Of a stretch of 64,000 nt of DNA, positions 19,918 to 33,052 are shown one piece after another. The DNA is from Nibricoccus sp. (GTDB lineage Bacteria > Verrucomicrobiota > Verrucomicrobiia > Opitutales > Opitutaceae). The stretch is from the NCBI GenBank assembly GCA_047602425.1, contig JASGHG010000001.1:3488001-3552000 (forward strand). The letters run 5' to 3'. The stretch's first letter is position 1. Each line of letters opens with the position of its first letter. The notes under the pieces are model-generated. The model saw only the letters and a program-made list of their open reading frames with translations. It had not been told where the DNA came from and ran no database searches. Both the position numbers and the translations under genes were made by a program.

Positions 19918-19953
19918 AAAAAAGCCGCCGGGTTTCCGGCGGCTTAATTTTTT
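19918..19953. terminator. Bidirectional intrinsic terminator
   Basis: AAGCCGCCGG-GTTT-CCGGCGGCTT flanked by A and T tracts, between convergent genes. Confidence 0.8.
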
Positions 19954-19970
19954 AATGGGACGCGCGTGGC

Positions 19971-21053
19971 TCAGTTGCGGCGATCGCTCTTGCTGCTTTT
20001 GGATTCGATGAACTCCCGAATGATCTCCATGCGTTGGCGCTGGCGATCTTCCTCGTCGATTTCCTCGACGGAGCGTTGGGTTTCATTTTTAGCCATTGCC
20101 TTCCGCATTTTGGAAAGGGCGATGTTTTGCAGCTGGCGAACGCGTTCGCGGGTGACGCGGAATTTGCGACCAACTTCCTCGAGAGTCATCTCGGTGGCGC
20201 CCTCGAGACCGAAGCGCAGACGGATGATCTCGGCCTCGCGAGGCTCAAGCGAATCAACCATCGCTTTGAGGTCGGAGTTGAGATTGCGCTCGCGCAGGGA
20301 CTCAAACGGGCTGGAGGCGTTTTCGTCGCCCACAATGTCGCCGAAGGTCGAGGAATCGCCGTCTTCGCCGATCGGGGCGTCGAGCGAGGTCGGACGCACG
20401 CTGACGGATTTCAGATGCGCGACCTTATTGGTCGGAATCTGAAGCTCCATGGCCAATTCTTCGTCCGTGGGTTCGCGACCGAGTTCCTCGGTGAGCGCCA
20501 TCGCGGTGCGGCGCATCTTGGAGATCTTGTCGACGAGGTGAACCGGGAGGCGGATCGTTTTACTTTGATTGGCGAGCGCGCGTTTGATGGATTGCTTGAT
20601 CCACCACGCGGCGTAGGTGCTGAGCTTGCCACCCTTGCGCGGGTCGAAGCGCTCGACAGCCTTGATGAGACCGATGTTGCCTTCGGAAATGAGATCGAGG
20701 AGCGGCAGGCCAAAGTCTTTGTAGTCGTGGGCGATTTTCACGACGAGACGGAGATTGGCCGAGATCATGTGATCGCGGGCGGCTTTGTCGCCTTTGCGAA
20801 TGCGGCGGGCAAGTTGGACCTCCTCCTTCGGTGTCAGGAGGGCGGTTTTGCCAATTTCCTGGAGATAAAGCTGCAAGTTACTGCGTTCGAGCGGAGCGGC
20901 TTGCTCGCGGGGCGCGGGCTCATTTTTCTCCAAAAATGAGGGAGGAGCGTCGAGCGGCGCGGGAGCCAGGACCACTACGGGAGCAGAAGATTCATTGGTA
21001 TCAACGTCGTCGGCTGAGCCGTACTTGCGGGAAGATTTCGTCTGAGTAGACAT
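19971..21053 (-). CDS. RNA polymerase sigma-70 factor, RpoD/RpoS-like, without region 1.1
   Basis: LQLYLQEIG, ANLRLVVKIA, DLISEGNIGL, STYAAWWIKQ, TLEEVG...TRERVRQ. Confidence 0.95.
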   Translation of the reverse strand: MSTQTKSSRKYGSADDVDTNESSAPVVVLAPAPLDAPPSFLEKNEPAPREQAAPLERSNLQLYLQEIGKTALLTPKEEVQLARRIRKGDKAARDHMISANLRLVVKIAHDYKDFGLPLLDLISEGNIGLIKAVERFDPRKGGKLSTYAAWWIKQSIKRALANQSKTIRLPVHLVDKISKMRRTAMALTEELGREPTDEELAMELQIPTNKVAHLKSVSVRPTSLDAPIGEDGDSSTFGDIVGDENASSPFESLRERNLNSDLKAMVDSLEPREAEIIRLRFGLEGATEMTLEEVGRKFRVTRERVRQLQNIALSKMRKAMAKNETQRSVEEIDEEDRQRQRMEIIREFIESKSSKSDRRN

Positions 21054-21394
21054 GGGCTTCTTTCTTTGTTGAGTGTTGCCACTGCAATTTTCTGAACGAA
21101 GCCGGACTGTTTGGTAATGACCTCACACTCCGGTGATCGTTCCGCCATGGTTAAACCCGCAGAACGTCAAGGGCCACGCGAAAAGAAAACTTATTTATTG
21201 TATTAGCAAAACGCTTGGTGGCGCCGAACGTGATATAAAAATTATAAATGCTGCGGATTATCCGCGTCTTACGGAATTAGCGGCGGCTTTGACACGACCG
21301 CGTGGATATAAAAATTCGCCAAAAGTGATTTGAAGCACCGACACCGCCGAATGGGGGAGTCGCTCTGCCGGAGCGAGATATAACTCAGCTCGCC

Positions 21395-22879
21395 TTAGGC
21401 GAAGCGTTCTGCAATCGCCACTGCTTTGAAAAGAGCGGACGCCTTATTGACCGTTTCTTGGTATTCCGAGGAAGGCACAGAATCGGCCACGATGCCGGCA
21501 CCGGCTTGGATGTGGATTTTACCGTCCTTGAGCAGGGCCGTACGCAGCATGATGCAGGAATCGAGGTTTCCGTCGTAGCCAAAATAGCCCAGTGCACCGG
21601 CGTAGCATCCGCGTTGGGTCGGCTCTTTTTCTGCGATGATTTGCATGGCGCGGATTTTCGGTGCTCCCGAAACGGTGCCGGCGGGAAAGGTTGCGCGCAT
21701 GAGATCGTAGGCGGTTTTCTCGGGCGTGATGTGGCCTTCGACCTGGGAAACGATGTGCATCACATGCGAGTAGCGCTCGATCACCATCATCTCGGGAACG
21801 GTGACGCTGCCGAACTTGCAGACACGCCCAATATCGTTGCGAGCGAGGTCGACGAGCATGAGGTGTTCCGCGAGTTCCTTATGGTCGGCGAGGAGCTCCT
21901 TTTCCAGCGCCACGTCCTCGGCGTGGGTCACGCCGCGTTTGCGTGTGCCGGCAATGGGTCGGATTTCCACCAAGCCGTCGGTTAGGCGCACATGCACCTC
22001 GGGCGAGGCGCCGACGATCGCGTAATCGCCGGTATCGAGAATGAACATGTACGGCGACGGATTCACCGTGCGCAACGCGCGGTAGAGGTCGAGCGGCGAC
22101 TTGGTGAAGTTGCGGGTGAAACGCTGCGAGGGGACGACCTGAATGATGTCGCCGGCGCGGATGTATTCCTTCGTGGACTCGACGGCCGCTTCGAAGGCGG
22201 GCTGGGTAAAATTTCCCGGCGGTACCACAATCTTGCCCGGATCGATCAGCGGAGCCGGAGCGAGTGTGCTGGGTTTGTTGAGCAGGCCGAAAATATGTGT
22301 GAGTTCGGCCACGGCGGCGTCATACGCGGCTGTGGCATCGCCTTTGACGTGGGCATTGACGCAGAGGCGCAGGGTCTGCTTCGCGCGATCGAAGATCAGC
22401 TGCGAATCCGTGATCATAAAATAGATCAACGGCAGACCGACCTCGTCTTTTTTCGCCGCCGGAACGCTTGGCTCGATGCGGGTGACGTACTCGTAGCCGA
22501 CGAAACCCACCGCGCCGCCGATGAAGCGCGGCAGGCCGGGAATGTTGACGGGCTTGAACGGCTTCATCTCGGCCTCGATCAGCGTGAGCGGGTCGGTCGG
22601 GGTTGGAATTGTTTGTGTCGGCTGGTTGGGCTGGCGGATCTCGGTTGTCTTCGGGCCGCAGGCGAAAATCTTGCGCGGACGGCAGCCGATGAAACTGTAG
22701 CGCGAAAGGTTTTCTCCGCCCTCAACCGACTCCAAGAGGTAAGACGGACCGCTTTCCTTCAGCTTGGCATACGCGGAGACGGGCGTTTCAAAGTCCGCCA
22801 TCAGGTCGGTGTAGACCGGGATGACGTTGCCCTGCTCGGCGAGTTTTAAAAATGCTTCGCGTGAAGGAAAGATGTTCAT
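21395..22879 (-). CDS. trpE: Anthranilate synthase component I
   Basis: LLESVEGG, NPSPYM, GASPE, PIAGTR, EHLMLVDLARND, PAGTVSGAPKIRAM. Confidence 0.95.
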   Translation of the reverse strand: MNIFPSREAFLKLAEQGNVIPVYTDLMADFETPVSAYAKLKESGPSYLLESVEGGENLSRYSFIGCRPRKIFACGPKTTEIRQPNQPTQTIPTPTDPLTLIEAEMKPFKPVNIPGLPRFIGGAVGFVGYEYVTRIEPSVPAAKKDEVGLPLIYFMITDSQLIFDRAKQTLRLCVNAHVKGDATAAYDAAVAELTHIFGLLNKPSTLAPAPLIDPGKIVVPPGNFTQPAFEAAVESTKEYIRAGDIIQVVPSQRFTRNFTKSPLDLYRALRTVNPSPYMFILDTGDYAIVGASPEVHVRLTDGLVEIRPIAGTRKRGVTHAEDVALEKELLADHKELAEHLMLVDLARNDIGRVCKFGSVTVPEMMVIERYSHVMHIVSQVEGHITPEKTAYDLMRATFPAGTVSGAPKIRAMQIIAEKEPTQRGCYAGALGYFGYDGNLDSCIMLRTALLKDGKIHIQAGAGIVADSVPSSEYQETVNKASALFKAVAIAERFA

Positions 22880-22894
22880 GAACGGCGCGGTCGA

Positions 22895-24745
<1,851 letters not shown>

Positions 24746-24832
24746 ATATTTTGTTTATTTAGGCTGGCGAAATTACGGGGTGTGCCGAAAGTGAAGCAAG
24801 GTCTTTCACTCCAAACTCCTACTTCAGTCTTT

Positions 24833-26119
24833 ATGCCTAACGGGAACAATACTCTCGCAGTCATCATGGGCGGCGGTCGCGGCACACGTCTCTATCCTCT
24901 TACGATGGAACGTTGTAAACCAGCCGTACCCCTCGCTGGCAAGTACCGCCTCGTAGATATTCCAATAAGTAATTGTATCAACTCGAACATCAACCGGATC
25001 TTCTTGTTGACGCAATTTCACACAGCGTCGCTGCATCGTCACATTCAAAGTGTGTATCATTTCGATCCGTTCGGCGGCGGCTTTGTCGATATTCTTTCAG
25101 CCGAACAAACCGAAAAAAGCGCCGATTGGTATCAAGGCACCGCCGACGCGGTTCGCCGAAATCTTCAGCATTTCCGCAGCTTCCCACACGAGCTCGTCCT
25201 GATTCTCTCCGGCGACCAGTTGTACCGGATGGATTTTAGCAAGATCCTCGATCAGCACGTGGCGACCAAAGCCGACGTGACGATTGCCGCGGTCCCTTTC
25301 CCGGTTTCTAAGGTTGAAGGGCTTGGCCTCATGCAGGTGAACGACGATCTTTCGATCAACCGGTTCGTCGAAAAACCCAAGGATCCCGCGGTGATCAACA
25401 GCCTGACGCTCAGCGACACGCTCGAAAACACATTGAAGGCTTCGCACGACGAGAAACACTGCCTCGCTTCGATGGGTATTTACGTTTTCAATCGAGCCAC
25501 CTTGGCGGCGGCGCTCGACAACAAGATGACCGATTTCGGCAAGGAGATCATCCCGGCTTTGCTCGGGAAAATGAAACTCTACGCGAACATCTTCGAGGGC
25601 TATTGGGAAGATATCGGTACGGTCCGGGCGTTTTTCGACGCCAACCTCGCTCTCGCGCAGCCCCTGCCGCCTTTCAATTTCTTTGAACCGGCCGCTCCGA
25701 TCTACACGAAGGACAACTATCTGCCAGCGTCAAAGATCAACAATTGCACGGTCGATTATGCGGTGCTGGGCGACGGCTCGATCATTGAGGATTCGTTCAT
25801 CAAACATTCGGTGATCGGCATTCGCTCCTTCGTCCGAAAAGGCTCGCGTCTCGAAGACGTCGTCATGATGGGCGCCGACTACTACGAAAGCGACGACCAG
25901 ATGACGTCCAACGTTGGCAGCGGACGCCCGAGCCTGGGCGTCGGCTACAATTGCCGGATCCGCGGTTCGATCATCGACAAAAATGCGCGCATTGGCGACA
26001 ACGTCACGCTTTCGCCCGATGGCAAGCCCGACGGGACTTACGCCCACGGCGTGATTATTCGCGACGGCGTTTTGGTTGTGCCGAAAGGTTCGATTGTCCC
26101 CAGCGGCACGGTGATCTGA
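24833..26119 (+). CDS. glgC: Glucose-1-phosphate adenylyltransferase
   Basis: GGGRGTRLYPLT, KPAVP, WYQGTADAVR, FVEKP, YWEDIGT. Confidence 0.95.
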   Translation: MPNGNNTLAVIMGGGRGTRLYPLTMERCKPAVPLAGKYRLVDIPISNCINSNINRIFLLTQFHTASLHRHIQSVYHFDPFGGGFVDILSAEQTEKSADWYQGTADAVRRNLQHFRSFPHELVLILSGDQLYRMDFSKILDQHVATKADVTIAAVPFPVSKVEGLGLMQVNDDLSINRFVEKPKDPAVINSLTLSDTLENTLKASHDEKHCLASMGIYVFNRATLAAALDNKMTDFGKEIIPALLGKMKLYANIFEGYWEDIGTVRAFFDANLALAQPLPPFNFFEPAAPIYTKDNYLPASKINNCTVDYAVLGDGSIIEDSFIKHSVIGIRSFVRKGSRLEDVVMMGADYYESDDQMTSNVGSGRPSLGVGYNCRIRGSIIDKNARIGDNVTLSPDGKPDGTYAHGVIIRDGVLVVPKGSIVPSGTVI

Positions 26120-26139
26120 CGCGAAATATTTAGACCGAC

Positions 26140-26174
26140 AAAAAGGCCGCCGAAAATTTCGGCGGCCTTTTTTT
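26140..26174. terminator. Bidirectional intrinsic terminator
   Basis: AAAAAGGCCGCCGAA-AAT-TTCGGCGGCCTTTTT between convergent glgC and ychF. Confidence 0.85.
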
Positions 26175-26231
26175 GGCGAAGTTGGTTGGTTGCGAAGCCT
26201 GCTTTTGGGCTTCAGCAGTCGATGAAAGAAA

Positions 26232-27335
26232 TCAGTTGTTGAAGCGGAACAGGGCGACGTCGCCATCTTGGAAAACGTATTCTTTGCCTTCGAGGCGGTA
26301 TTTGCCGGCGTCGCGGGCGGCGGCCACGCTTCCCAGCGTCGTGAGGTCCTTGTAGCTGACGATTTCGGCTTTGATGAAGCCCTTTTCGAAATCGGTGTGG
26401 ATCACGCCCGCGGCTTGCGGAGCTTTCCAGCCTTTCTTGATCGTCCAGCAGCGGACCTCTTTTTCGCCGGCGGTGAAATAGGTCATCAAGCCGAGCAAAT
26501 CGTAAGTGGCTTTGATGAGCGCGGAAACGCCGGAGTCGTCGACGCCGAGGTCCTTGAGGAAGGATTTCGCTTCTTCGGGCGAGAGGTCGATGAGCTCGGA
26601 TTCGATTTTGGCGCTGATCGGCACGTACGCGGCGTCGTGGTGGGTGCGCACAAACTCGGCGACTTTTTTGACGAAGGGATTTTGCTCGGCCGTGGCGAGG
26701 TCGCCTTCAGCGACGTTGCAGGCGAAAAGCACCGGTTTGGCGGTGAGCAATTGGAAGAGCTTCATCAGCGCCGTTTCCTCGGGAGTGACTTCGAGAAGGT
26801 TGGCGGTCTTGCCGGCGTTGAGGTGCGGCTGGAGTTTTTCGAGCAGGGCCATTTCGGCGATGGCTTCCTTGTCGCCGGATTTGGCTTTCTTTTGCGTTTT
26901 TTCGATGCGTTTGGTTACGGCTTCTAGGTCGGCAAGGACGAGTTCGGTCGTGATGACCTCGATATCGCGCACGGGATCGATGCCGCCCATGGTGTGCACG
27001 ATGTCGGAGTCTTCGAAGCAGCGCACGACTTGAACGATGGCGTCGACTTCGCGGATGTTGGCGAGAAATTGGTTGCCCAAGCCTTCGCCCTTGCTGGCGC
27101 CGGCGACGAGACCGGCGATGTCGACAAATTCGATCGCGGCGGGCACAACGACGTTGGTTTTCGCAATGGCTTTGAGCACGTAAGCGCGTTCGTCGGGGAC
27201 GATCACGACGCCGACGTTCGGGTCGATCGTGCAAAACGGGTAGTTGGCCGCCTCCGCTTTTCGGGAGCGGGTGAGGGCGTTGAAGAGAGTGGATTTGCCC
27301 ACGTTGGGCAGGCCGACGATGCCAGCTTTCAGCAT
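26232..27335 (-). CDS. ychF: Redox-regulated ATPase YchF
   Basis: [44 protein letters not shown]. Confidence 0.97.
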   Translation of the reverse strand: MLKAGIVGLPNVGKSTLFNALTRSRKAEAANYPFCTIDPNVGVVIVPDERAYVLKAIAKTNVVVPAAIEFVDIAGLVAGASKGEGLGNQFLANIREVDAIVQVVRCFEDSDIVHTMGGIDPVRDIEVITTELVLADLEAVTKRIEKTQKKAKSGDKEAIAEMALLEKLQPHLNAGKTANLLEVTPEETALMKLFQLLTAKPVLFACNVAEGDLATAEQNPFVKKVAEFVRTHHDAAYVPISAKIESELIDLSPEEAKSFLKDLGVDDSGVSALIKATYDLLGLMTYFTAGEKEVRCWTIKKGWKAPQAAGVIHTDFEKGFIKAEIVSYKDLTTLGSVAAARDAGKYRLEGKEYVFQDGDVALFRFNN

Positions 27336-27444
27336 AAGGTGCAGACGTTCTCGCGCCGGGGGAGGGCGGTCAAGAAAGTCTTTGGTGCAGGTTCAACCTC
27401 GGGCCGAGCGGTGCCGCTCAGCTTCGCGGAGGCTGGCTTGGCGC

Positions 27445-27933
27445 TTAGCGACGCTGCGGCGCAGCCGATTCGTCCGCTTTGCTCTGATAAACGTCCAGCT
27501 CAGCGGTGGTGAGCACCTTGCCCAAGTCCTCGAACTTCTCGTGATCAAGATAGGCGAGCTTGGCGCGGTCGTCGGGACTGATCAACGGCGCTGACTGGTC
27601 GTAGATCGGCTGGGCGATCGCTTTGTAATCGGTTTCAATCTTCTGAAGCTGTTGAGTGAGTTTTTCGCGCATTTGAGCTTCCGGGGCCGCTTCCACCGGC
27701 GCGGATTGTTCGGCCGTAACAGGTAAATTCACTTCGGTGGCGGGCGCCGACAACGCTGCGACTTGCCGGAAAGGTTTTTCCTCTGGCGAACTGTTCGCGG
27801 ATTTTGCGGGCTGTTGGGAAGGACTTTCCAAGCCCGGCTTCCGTTGAAAGTGACCGATCAACGCGTCGGCCACCAGCACCGCGAGCGCGATCGCTGCGAG
27901 CAATAGATATTTTCTGAGGAAAGGGTGGTGCAC
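27445..27933 (-). CDS. Hypothetical membrane-anchored protein
   Basis: Probable GTG start, N-terminal TM (YLLLAAIALAVLVA), Pro/Ser/Ala linker and helical C-terminus; the frame is open up to 28017. Confidence 0.6.
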   Translation of the reverse strand: MHHPFLRKYLLLAAIALAVLVADALIGHFQRKPGLESPSQQPAKSANSSPEEKPFRQVAALSAPATEVNLPVTAEQSAPVEAAPEAQMREKLTQQLQKIETDYKAIAQPIYDQSAPLISPDDRAKLAYLDHEKFEDLGKVLTTAELDVYQSKADESAAPQRR

Positions 27934-28038
27934 GTTCGCCACGGAGTTTGGAGCAGGCCGCTGGTTCGATGCATTCGTTGATGCGTCGACAGACCAACGG
28001 CCTGCGCTTCCTAACATGTTATAGCTGTCTCAGGATTT

Positions 28039-29037
28039 TCAATACGTCGGCCAGCCGTTCGTGAAGTACAGGTCGCTGATCAGGAGCGTGGGCGCGCCGT
28101 TGTTGTTGGCGTCGTAAGCGTGACGGGCGAGTACCCAGGCGGAACCGTTTTTGTAGACATCCTGGCCGCCCGGGCCCTTCCAACGGGTGTTGCCCGAGTC
28201 AAGGACGGTGGCGGCTCCGGAAGTCATGGCGGCGCCGTTTTTGTCGACGTACGGACCGGTGATGCTGGTCGAACGGCCGTAAGCGATCTTGTAGGTGCTG
28301 CTGACGCCGTTGCAGCATTTGTCGATTGAGACGAAGAGGTAATAATAGCCACCGTTGTAAACGATGGATGCGCCTTCAATGCCGCCACTGCGTTTGGCAA
28401 TCGAGTAGATCGTGCCGGTCGGCTTCATCGTGCTCGTGTTGAGTTTCACAATGTGGATGCCGTCAAACCAGGAGCCGAAAACGAGCCACGGCGCGCCGCT
28501 GGCGTCGACGGTGAGATTTGGGTCGATGGCGTTGTAGGCGTTGGTGCCGGATTTGGAGCTGATGACGAGGCCGTCATCGCGCCAGTCGCCGGTGGCGATA
28601 GCCGAGCAGGAGGTCAGGCCGATGGCCGACGTGTTACTGCCAAAGGTCGAGATACTATAATAACAGTACGTACGGCTGCCGAAAGTTTGGATATCGGGTG
28701 CCCAGACATCGGTGCCATTTTGGCCGGGAACGTAGGTAGCCCACCAAGAGGGTTTGCTGGCGAAGATTTTTATACCTTGGGTCCAGGCGAGTCCGTTACC
28801 GGAGTATTTTACGCCGATTCCAGGAGCGGTTTCAAATACCCACCACGTGGATCCTTGTTTGATGATGGAAGGATCGTGGGAGATGACCGAGCCGCTGAGA
28901 GCCCAAGATGCGGCTGACGCGGAAGTTGCGAGGGCTGCGGTTAACGAAACAACGCCGAGCAATTGGCTCAGGCGGCTAGGGGTGCGGACGCGCGGGCACG
29001 AAGTGCCCTTGGGGTAGGCCTTATCATTCATGAGCAT
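28039..29037 (-). CDS. GH43 endo-1,5-alpha-L-arabinanase-like protein
   Basis: SHDPSI, WAPD, NAIDP, FGSWFDGI, IEGA, GPGGQ; signal peptide. Confidence 0.92.
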   Translation of the reverse strand: MLMNDKAYPKGTSCPRVRTPSRLSQLLGVVSLTAALATSASAASWALSGSVISHDPSIIKQGSTWWVFETAPGIGVKYSGNGLAWTQGIKIFASKPSWWATYVPGQNGTDVWAPDIQTFGSRTYCYYSISTFGSNTSAIGLTSCSAIATGDWRDDGLVISSKSGTNAYNAIDPNLTVDASGAPWLVFGSWFDGIHIVKLNTSTMKPTGTIYSIAKRSGGIEGASIVYNGGYYYLFVSIDKCCNGVSSTYKIAYGRSTSITGPYVDKNGAAMTSGAATVLDSGNTRWKGPGGQDVYKNGSAWVLARHAYDANNNGAPTLLISDLYFTNGWPTY

Positions 29038-29318
29038 GTGGTTTTATGTTGGGGGTATGGCGTCGGGCGAAAAAGCCCGTCTGCCAGTCTTAGCGTGGGT
29101 AAACTACTGACACCTATTATATGCGCTGTTCGTTTGCAAAAGCCGACAGACCGGAGGCGCATAGTTGAATTTACTTCCCCATTTCCCAACCCTTGGCGAC
29201 CTTGACCGCCTTTCTGCGAAACGGAAAATTCATGACATGTCAGCTCTTGACAACTTCCCGCGTGGTCGGTGCACTCACCGGCTTTTCCTAAAAGTAATCG
29301 TTCCGAAAATCCGTTCAC

Positions 29319-29573
29319 ATGGCTCTTAAAATTCGTCTTTCCCGCATCGGCGCTGTCCACAAGCCCATCTACCACGTCGTGGTCGCCGAAGCCCGTTCCC
29401 GTCGCGATGGTTCCCCCGCCGAAAACCTCGGCACCTACACCCCGCAGTCGAAGACCACGCCCCTCACGCTCGACATCGCTCGCGTCGATTACTGGCTGAG
29501 CAAGGGTGCCAAACCATCTGATACCGTCAACGCCCTCATCAAGAAGGCGCGCAAGGCCGCTCCGGCCGCCTGA
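29319..29573 (+). CDS. rpsP: 30S ribosomal protein S16
   Basis: MALKIRLSR, RRDG, LGTYTP, WLSKGAKPSDTV. Confidence 0.97.
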   Translation: MALKIRLSRIGAVHKPIYHVVVAEARSRRDGSPAENLGTYTPQSKTTPLTLDIARVDYWLSKGAKPSDTVNALIKKARKAAPAA

Positions 29574-29626
29574 GTTTCTCTTTATCGTAGAGAAACAGAG
29601 AACACGTGGTTCTCTGCGACAGATTC

Positions 29627-29660
29627 AAACCTCGGCAAACTGCGCCGGGGTTTTTGTTTT
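29627..29660 (+). terminator. Terminator-like hairpin between rpsP and trmD
   Basis: AAACCTCGGC...GCCGGGGTTT followed by TTGTTTT. Confidence 0.6.
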
Positions 29661-29705
29661 CTCTCCAGCCATCAAGCCGTCTTTCGAGTCTTTCATTCTT
29701 TTCCC

Positions 29706-30380
29706 ATGCCTCTCCATATCGACGTCCTCACGCTTTTCCCGCGGATGCTCGACGGCTTTCTGGGCGAAAGCATTTTGGGCAAAGGCATCGAAGCGCAGCG
29801 TCTCTCGGTTAAAATTCACGACCTTCGTGCGTGGACAACGGACAAACATAAAACCGCCGACGACCGTCCCTTTGGCGGTGGCGCTGGGATGGTGATGAAG
29901 CCCGACCCGGTTTTTGCCGCAATCGAGCAGTTGCAGACGCCCGGCTGCCGTCGAATTTATCTGACGCCCGACGGCGTGCCGCTTTCTCCCGCAATCGCGG
30001 AGGATTTGTCGAAACAGCAGCACATCGTTTTTCTCAGCGGACACTACGAAGGCATCGACCAGCGCATCCGCGATTGCGTGATCGATCAGGAACTCAGTAT
30101 CGGCGATTACGTGCTGACCAACGGCACCTTGGCCGCGGCCGTGGTGATCGATGCGTTATCCCGCTTTATTCCCGGTGTTTTAGGAGAAGAAAAGTCATTG
30201 ACGCACGAATCCTTCACCGGCAAGTTGCTCGACTTTCCTCAATACACGCGTCCCGCCGAATTTCGGGGCATGTCCGTGCCAGATGTGTTACTCTCTGGCA
30301 ACCATGCTGAAATCGAAAAATGGCGAAACGTGAAACGATTGGAGAAAACCCGTTTAGTCCGACCAGATTTACTCAAATAA
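29706..30380 (+). CDS. trmD: tRNA (guanine37-N1)-methyltransferase
   Basis: [33 protein letters not shown]. Confidence 0.97.
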   Translation: MPLHIDVLTLFPRMLDGFLGESILGKGIEAQRLSVKIHDLRAWTTDKHKTADDRPFGGGAGMVMKPDPVFAAIEQLQTPGCRRIYLTPDGVPLSPAIAEDLSKQQHIVFLSGHYEGIDQRIRDCVIDQELSIGDYVLTNGTLAAAVVIDALSRFIPGVLGEEKSLTHESFTGKLLDFPQYTRPAEFRGMSVPDVLLSGNHAEIEKWRNVKRLEKTRLVRPDLLK

Positions 30381-30387
30381 CCCAGTC

Positions 30388-30756
30388 ATGAATCCGATCA
30401 TCAAAGAAATCACCGCCGCTCAAGTGAAGTCCGACACGACTTCCTTCAAAGTTGGCGACGGCGTACGCGTTCACACCAAAGTGCGTGAAGGCGATAAAGA
30501 GCGCGTCCAGATTTTTGCCGGCATCGTCATCGCCCGCAAAGGCCATGGCATTCACGAGACGTTCACCGTCCGCCGCATCAGCTACGGCGAAGGCGTCGAG
30601 CGCGTTTTCCCCGTCAACTCGCCCAACATCGAAAAGATCGAAGTCGAGCGCGAGTCCGAGCCGATGAAAGCCCGCCTCTATTATCTCCGCGACCGCCTCG
30701 GCAAAGCCGCCGTCGCCGTCAAAGAGAAACGGTTCGACGCCACCGCCGCGAACTAA
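30388..30756 (+). CDS. rplS: 50S ribosomal protein L19
   Basis: [28 protein letters not shown]. Confidence 0.97.
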   Translation: MNPIIKEITAAQVKSDTTSFKVGDGVRVHTKVREGDKERVQIFAGIVIARKGHGIHETFTVRRISYGEGVERVFPVNSPNIEKIEVERESEPMKARLYYLRDRLGKAAVAVKEKRFDATAAN

Positions 30757-30781
30757 GTTCTCGCATTTGCGCCAATTTCCC

Positions 30782-30810
30782 AAGCGAGCCGACACCGGCT
30801 CGCTTTTTTT
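30782..30810 (+). terminator. Intrinsic terminator after rplS
   Basis: AAGCGAGCCG-ACAC-CGGCTCGCTT followed by a T run. Confidence 0.85.
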
Positions 30811-30912
30811 CTGCTCTCGCAGCCCCGAGTTTCGGCTTCCCCCCGGCACCACGGCGGTTTAGTTCCTAACGTTTTCCCGCACATTTTCGCCTCCTTACCC
30901 ACCACACTTAAT

Positions 30913-32907
30913 ATGAGTAAACTCAATACCGACATCCTCGCCAAAGCAGCCAACGAAGCCCGTGGTCTTTCCATGGACGCCGTGCACAAGGCCAATTCCG
31001 GCCACCTCGGCCTCCCGCTCGGCTGTGCCGAAATCGGCGCCGTCCTCTACGGCAACTCGCTGGTGCACAATCCTGCCGAACCACGCTGGCTCAACCGTGA
31101 TCGTTTCGTCCTTTCCGGCGGCCACGGCTCGATGTTCCTCTACAGCTGGCTCCATCTCAGCGGCTACGACCTCTCGCTCGAAGAAGTTAAGAATTTCCGT
31201 CAACTCCACAGCAAAACCCCTGGCCATCCGGAATTTCACGAAACGCCCGGCGTCGAAGCCACCACCGGCCCGCTCGGCCAGGGTATCGGCAATGCGGTGG
31301 GTTATGCCGTCTCCGGCAAGATGCTCGAAGCGCGTTTTAACACCCCCGAGTATCCAATTTTTGACTACCACGTCATCGCTCTCGCGGGCGACGGTTGCAT
31401 CCAGGAAGGCGTGGCCATGGAAGCCGCCGCTTTCGCCGGTCATCAAGGTCTCGATAACCTGATCCTCATTTACGATTCGAACGACGTCACGCTCGACGCC
31501 ATGGCGGACAAATCGCAGAGCGAAAACGCCGCCGCCCGTTTCAAGGCCATCGGCTGGGATGTGCAAACGCTCACCGACGGACACGATCTAGTTGCCATCG
31601 CCAAAGCGATCAATAAGGCCAAGAAAGCCCAGAGCGGCAAGCCCCAGCTCATCATTGCCAAGACGATCATCGGCAAAGGCATCGCCGAAGTGCAGGGCAC
31701 GCAGAAGGGCCACGGCGAAGGCGGCGCCAAGTTCGTCGAAGCCGCGAAAAAGAGCATCGGCCTTCCCGAAGGCACGCACTTCTACGTGAGCGACGAAGTC
31801 CGCGCCTACTTTGCGGAAAACAAGAAGCGTCTCGAACGCCAGTACAAGAAGTGGCTGAAAAACTTCGAGGCCTGGAGTGCTGCGAATCCCGACAAAGCCA
31901 CGCTGCTCGCTTCGCGTCACAACGCCCCGAGCGCCGCTGCTCTTCTCGAAAAAATCCCGATGTTCCCCGCTGACGCGAAGCTCGCATCCCGCGCCGCGGG
32001 CCGCGACGTTCTCCAGCCGATTGCGGCAGAACTCCCGCTATTTGTTTCCGGCAGCGCCGACCTTTATGGTTCGACCCTCAACTACATTGCCGGTCAACCC
32101 GACTTCGACAAAACCAATCGCGCCGGCCGCAATATCCGCTACGGCATTCGCGAGCACGCGATGGCCGCGATCAACAACGGCATCGCCTACGACGGCATTT
32201 TCCGCACCTCGTGCGCGACGTTCCTCGTCTTTGCCGATTACTCGCGTCCTTCGATGCGGCTTGCGGCGTTGGCCAAGCTGCCCGTCGTCTACATCTACAC
32301 GCACGACTCGATTGGCGTGGGTGAAGACGGTCCGACCCATCAGCCGGTAGAGACTGTTTCGGGTCTTCGCGTGATCCCGAATCTCGACGTCATCCGCCCG
32401 GCCGATCCTGAGGAAACCGCTGGTGCTTTTGCCGCCGCGGTCGAACGCGTTGACGGTCCGACGCTCCTCGCGCTCACGCGCCAAAATCTGCCGATGCTCA
32501 ACGAAATTCCTGCGCACGTGCGCCGCGCCGGTGTATTGAAAGGTGGATACGTTGCGCTTCAGGAAACCGCTCCGCTGACCACTATTCTCCTCGCCGCAGG
32601 CAGTGAAGTTCAGCTTGCTCTCGCCGCCGCCAAGACGCTTGGCACTGGCACGCGCGTTGTTTCAGTGCCTTCCTTCGAACGCTTCAACCGCCAATCCGCC
32701 GAATATCGCGAGAGCATTCTTCCGAAGTCGGTTCGCAAGCGCGTCGCGATCGAAGCCGGCGTTACCGGTCTCTGGCATCAATATGTCGGTCTCGACGGCA
32801 AAGTCGTCGGTATCGACCGTTTCGGTATCAGCGCTCCGGGCGGCACGGTCTTCAAGGAACTCGGCATCACCGCGGAAGCCGTTGTCGCTGCGGCACAATC
32901 GCTGTAA
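30913..32907 (+). CDS. tkt: Transketolase
   Basis: [46 protein letters not shown]. Confidence 0.97.
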   Translation: MSKLNTDILAKAANEARGLSMDAVHKANSGHLGLPLGCAEIGAVLYGNSLVHNPAEPRWLNRDRFVLSGGHGSMFLYSWLHLSGYDLSLEEVKNFRQLHSKTPGHPEFHETPGVEATTGPLGQGIGNAVGYAVSGKMLEARFNTPEYPIFDYHVIALAGDGCIQEGVAMEAAAFAGHQGLDNLILIYDSNDVTLDAMADKSQSENAAARFKAIGWDVQTLTDGHDLVAIAKAINKAKKAQSGKPQLIIAKTIIGKGIAEVQGTQKGHGEGGAKFVEAAKKSIGLPEGTHFYVSDEVRAYFAENKKRLERQYKKWLKNFEAWSAANPDKATLLASRHNAPSAAALLEKIPMFPADAKLASRAAGRDVLQPIAAELPLFVSGSADLYGSTLNYIAGQPDFDKTNRAGRNIRYGIREHAMAAINNGIAYDGIFRTSCATFLVFADYSRPSMRLAALAKLPVVYIYTHDSIGVGEDGPTHQPVETVSGLRVIPNLDVIRPADPEETAGAFAAAVERVDGPTLLALTRQNLPMLNEIPAHVRRAGVLKGGYVALQETAPLTTILLAAGSEVQLALAAAKTLGTGTRVVSVPSFERFNRQSAEYRESILPKSVRKRVAIEAGVTGLWHQYVGLDGKVVGIDRFGISAPGGTVFKELGITAEAVVAAAQSL

Positions 32908-32932
32908 GCCGGATTTATTGCAGAAGATTTTC

Positions 32933-32961
32933 AGGGCGGACCATCGCGGTCCGCCCTTTTT
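32933..32961 (+). terminator. Intrinsic terminator after tkt
   Basis: AGGGCGGACC-ATCGC-GGTCCGCCCT followed by TTTT. Confidence 0.8.
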
Positions 32962-33052
32962 GTTCGGAAAGTCGCGCAGAGACAAAGTAACCTATTAGAG
33001 CGTTTCAAATAAAACTATAGCTATTATAGGAGGAATGGGGTAAGGTGTGCGG

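Noticed and set aside
21289..21312. TTGACA...TATAAA promoter pointing antisense into trpE
   Set aside because: Spacer is only 12 bp.
24746..24832. Possible glmS ribozyme
   Set aside because: The intergenic region is only 87 bp, is shared with divergent glgC, and lacks the ribozyme core.
29110..29165. GCCTCCGGTCT...ACAGCG upstream of the GH43 gene, reminiscent of a c-di-GMP-I riboswitch P3
   Set aside because: The GGCAAAC/GAAA P2 element and the GCAAA junction are missing; only a TATGCGC/GCGCATA inverted repeat is supported.
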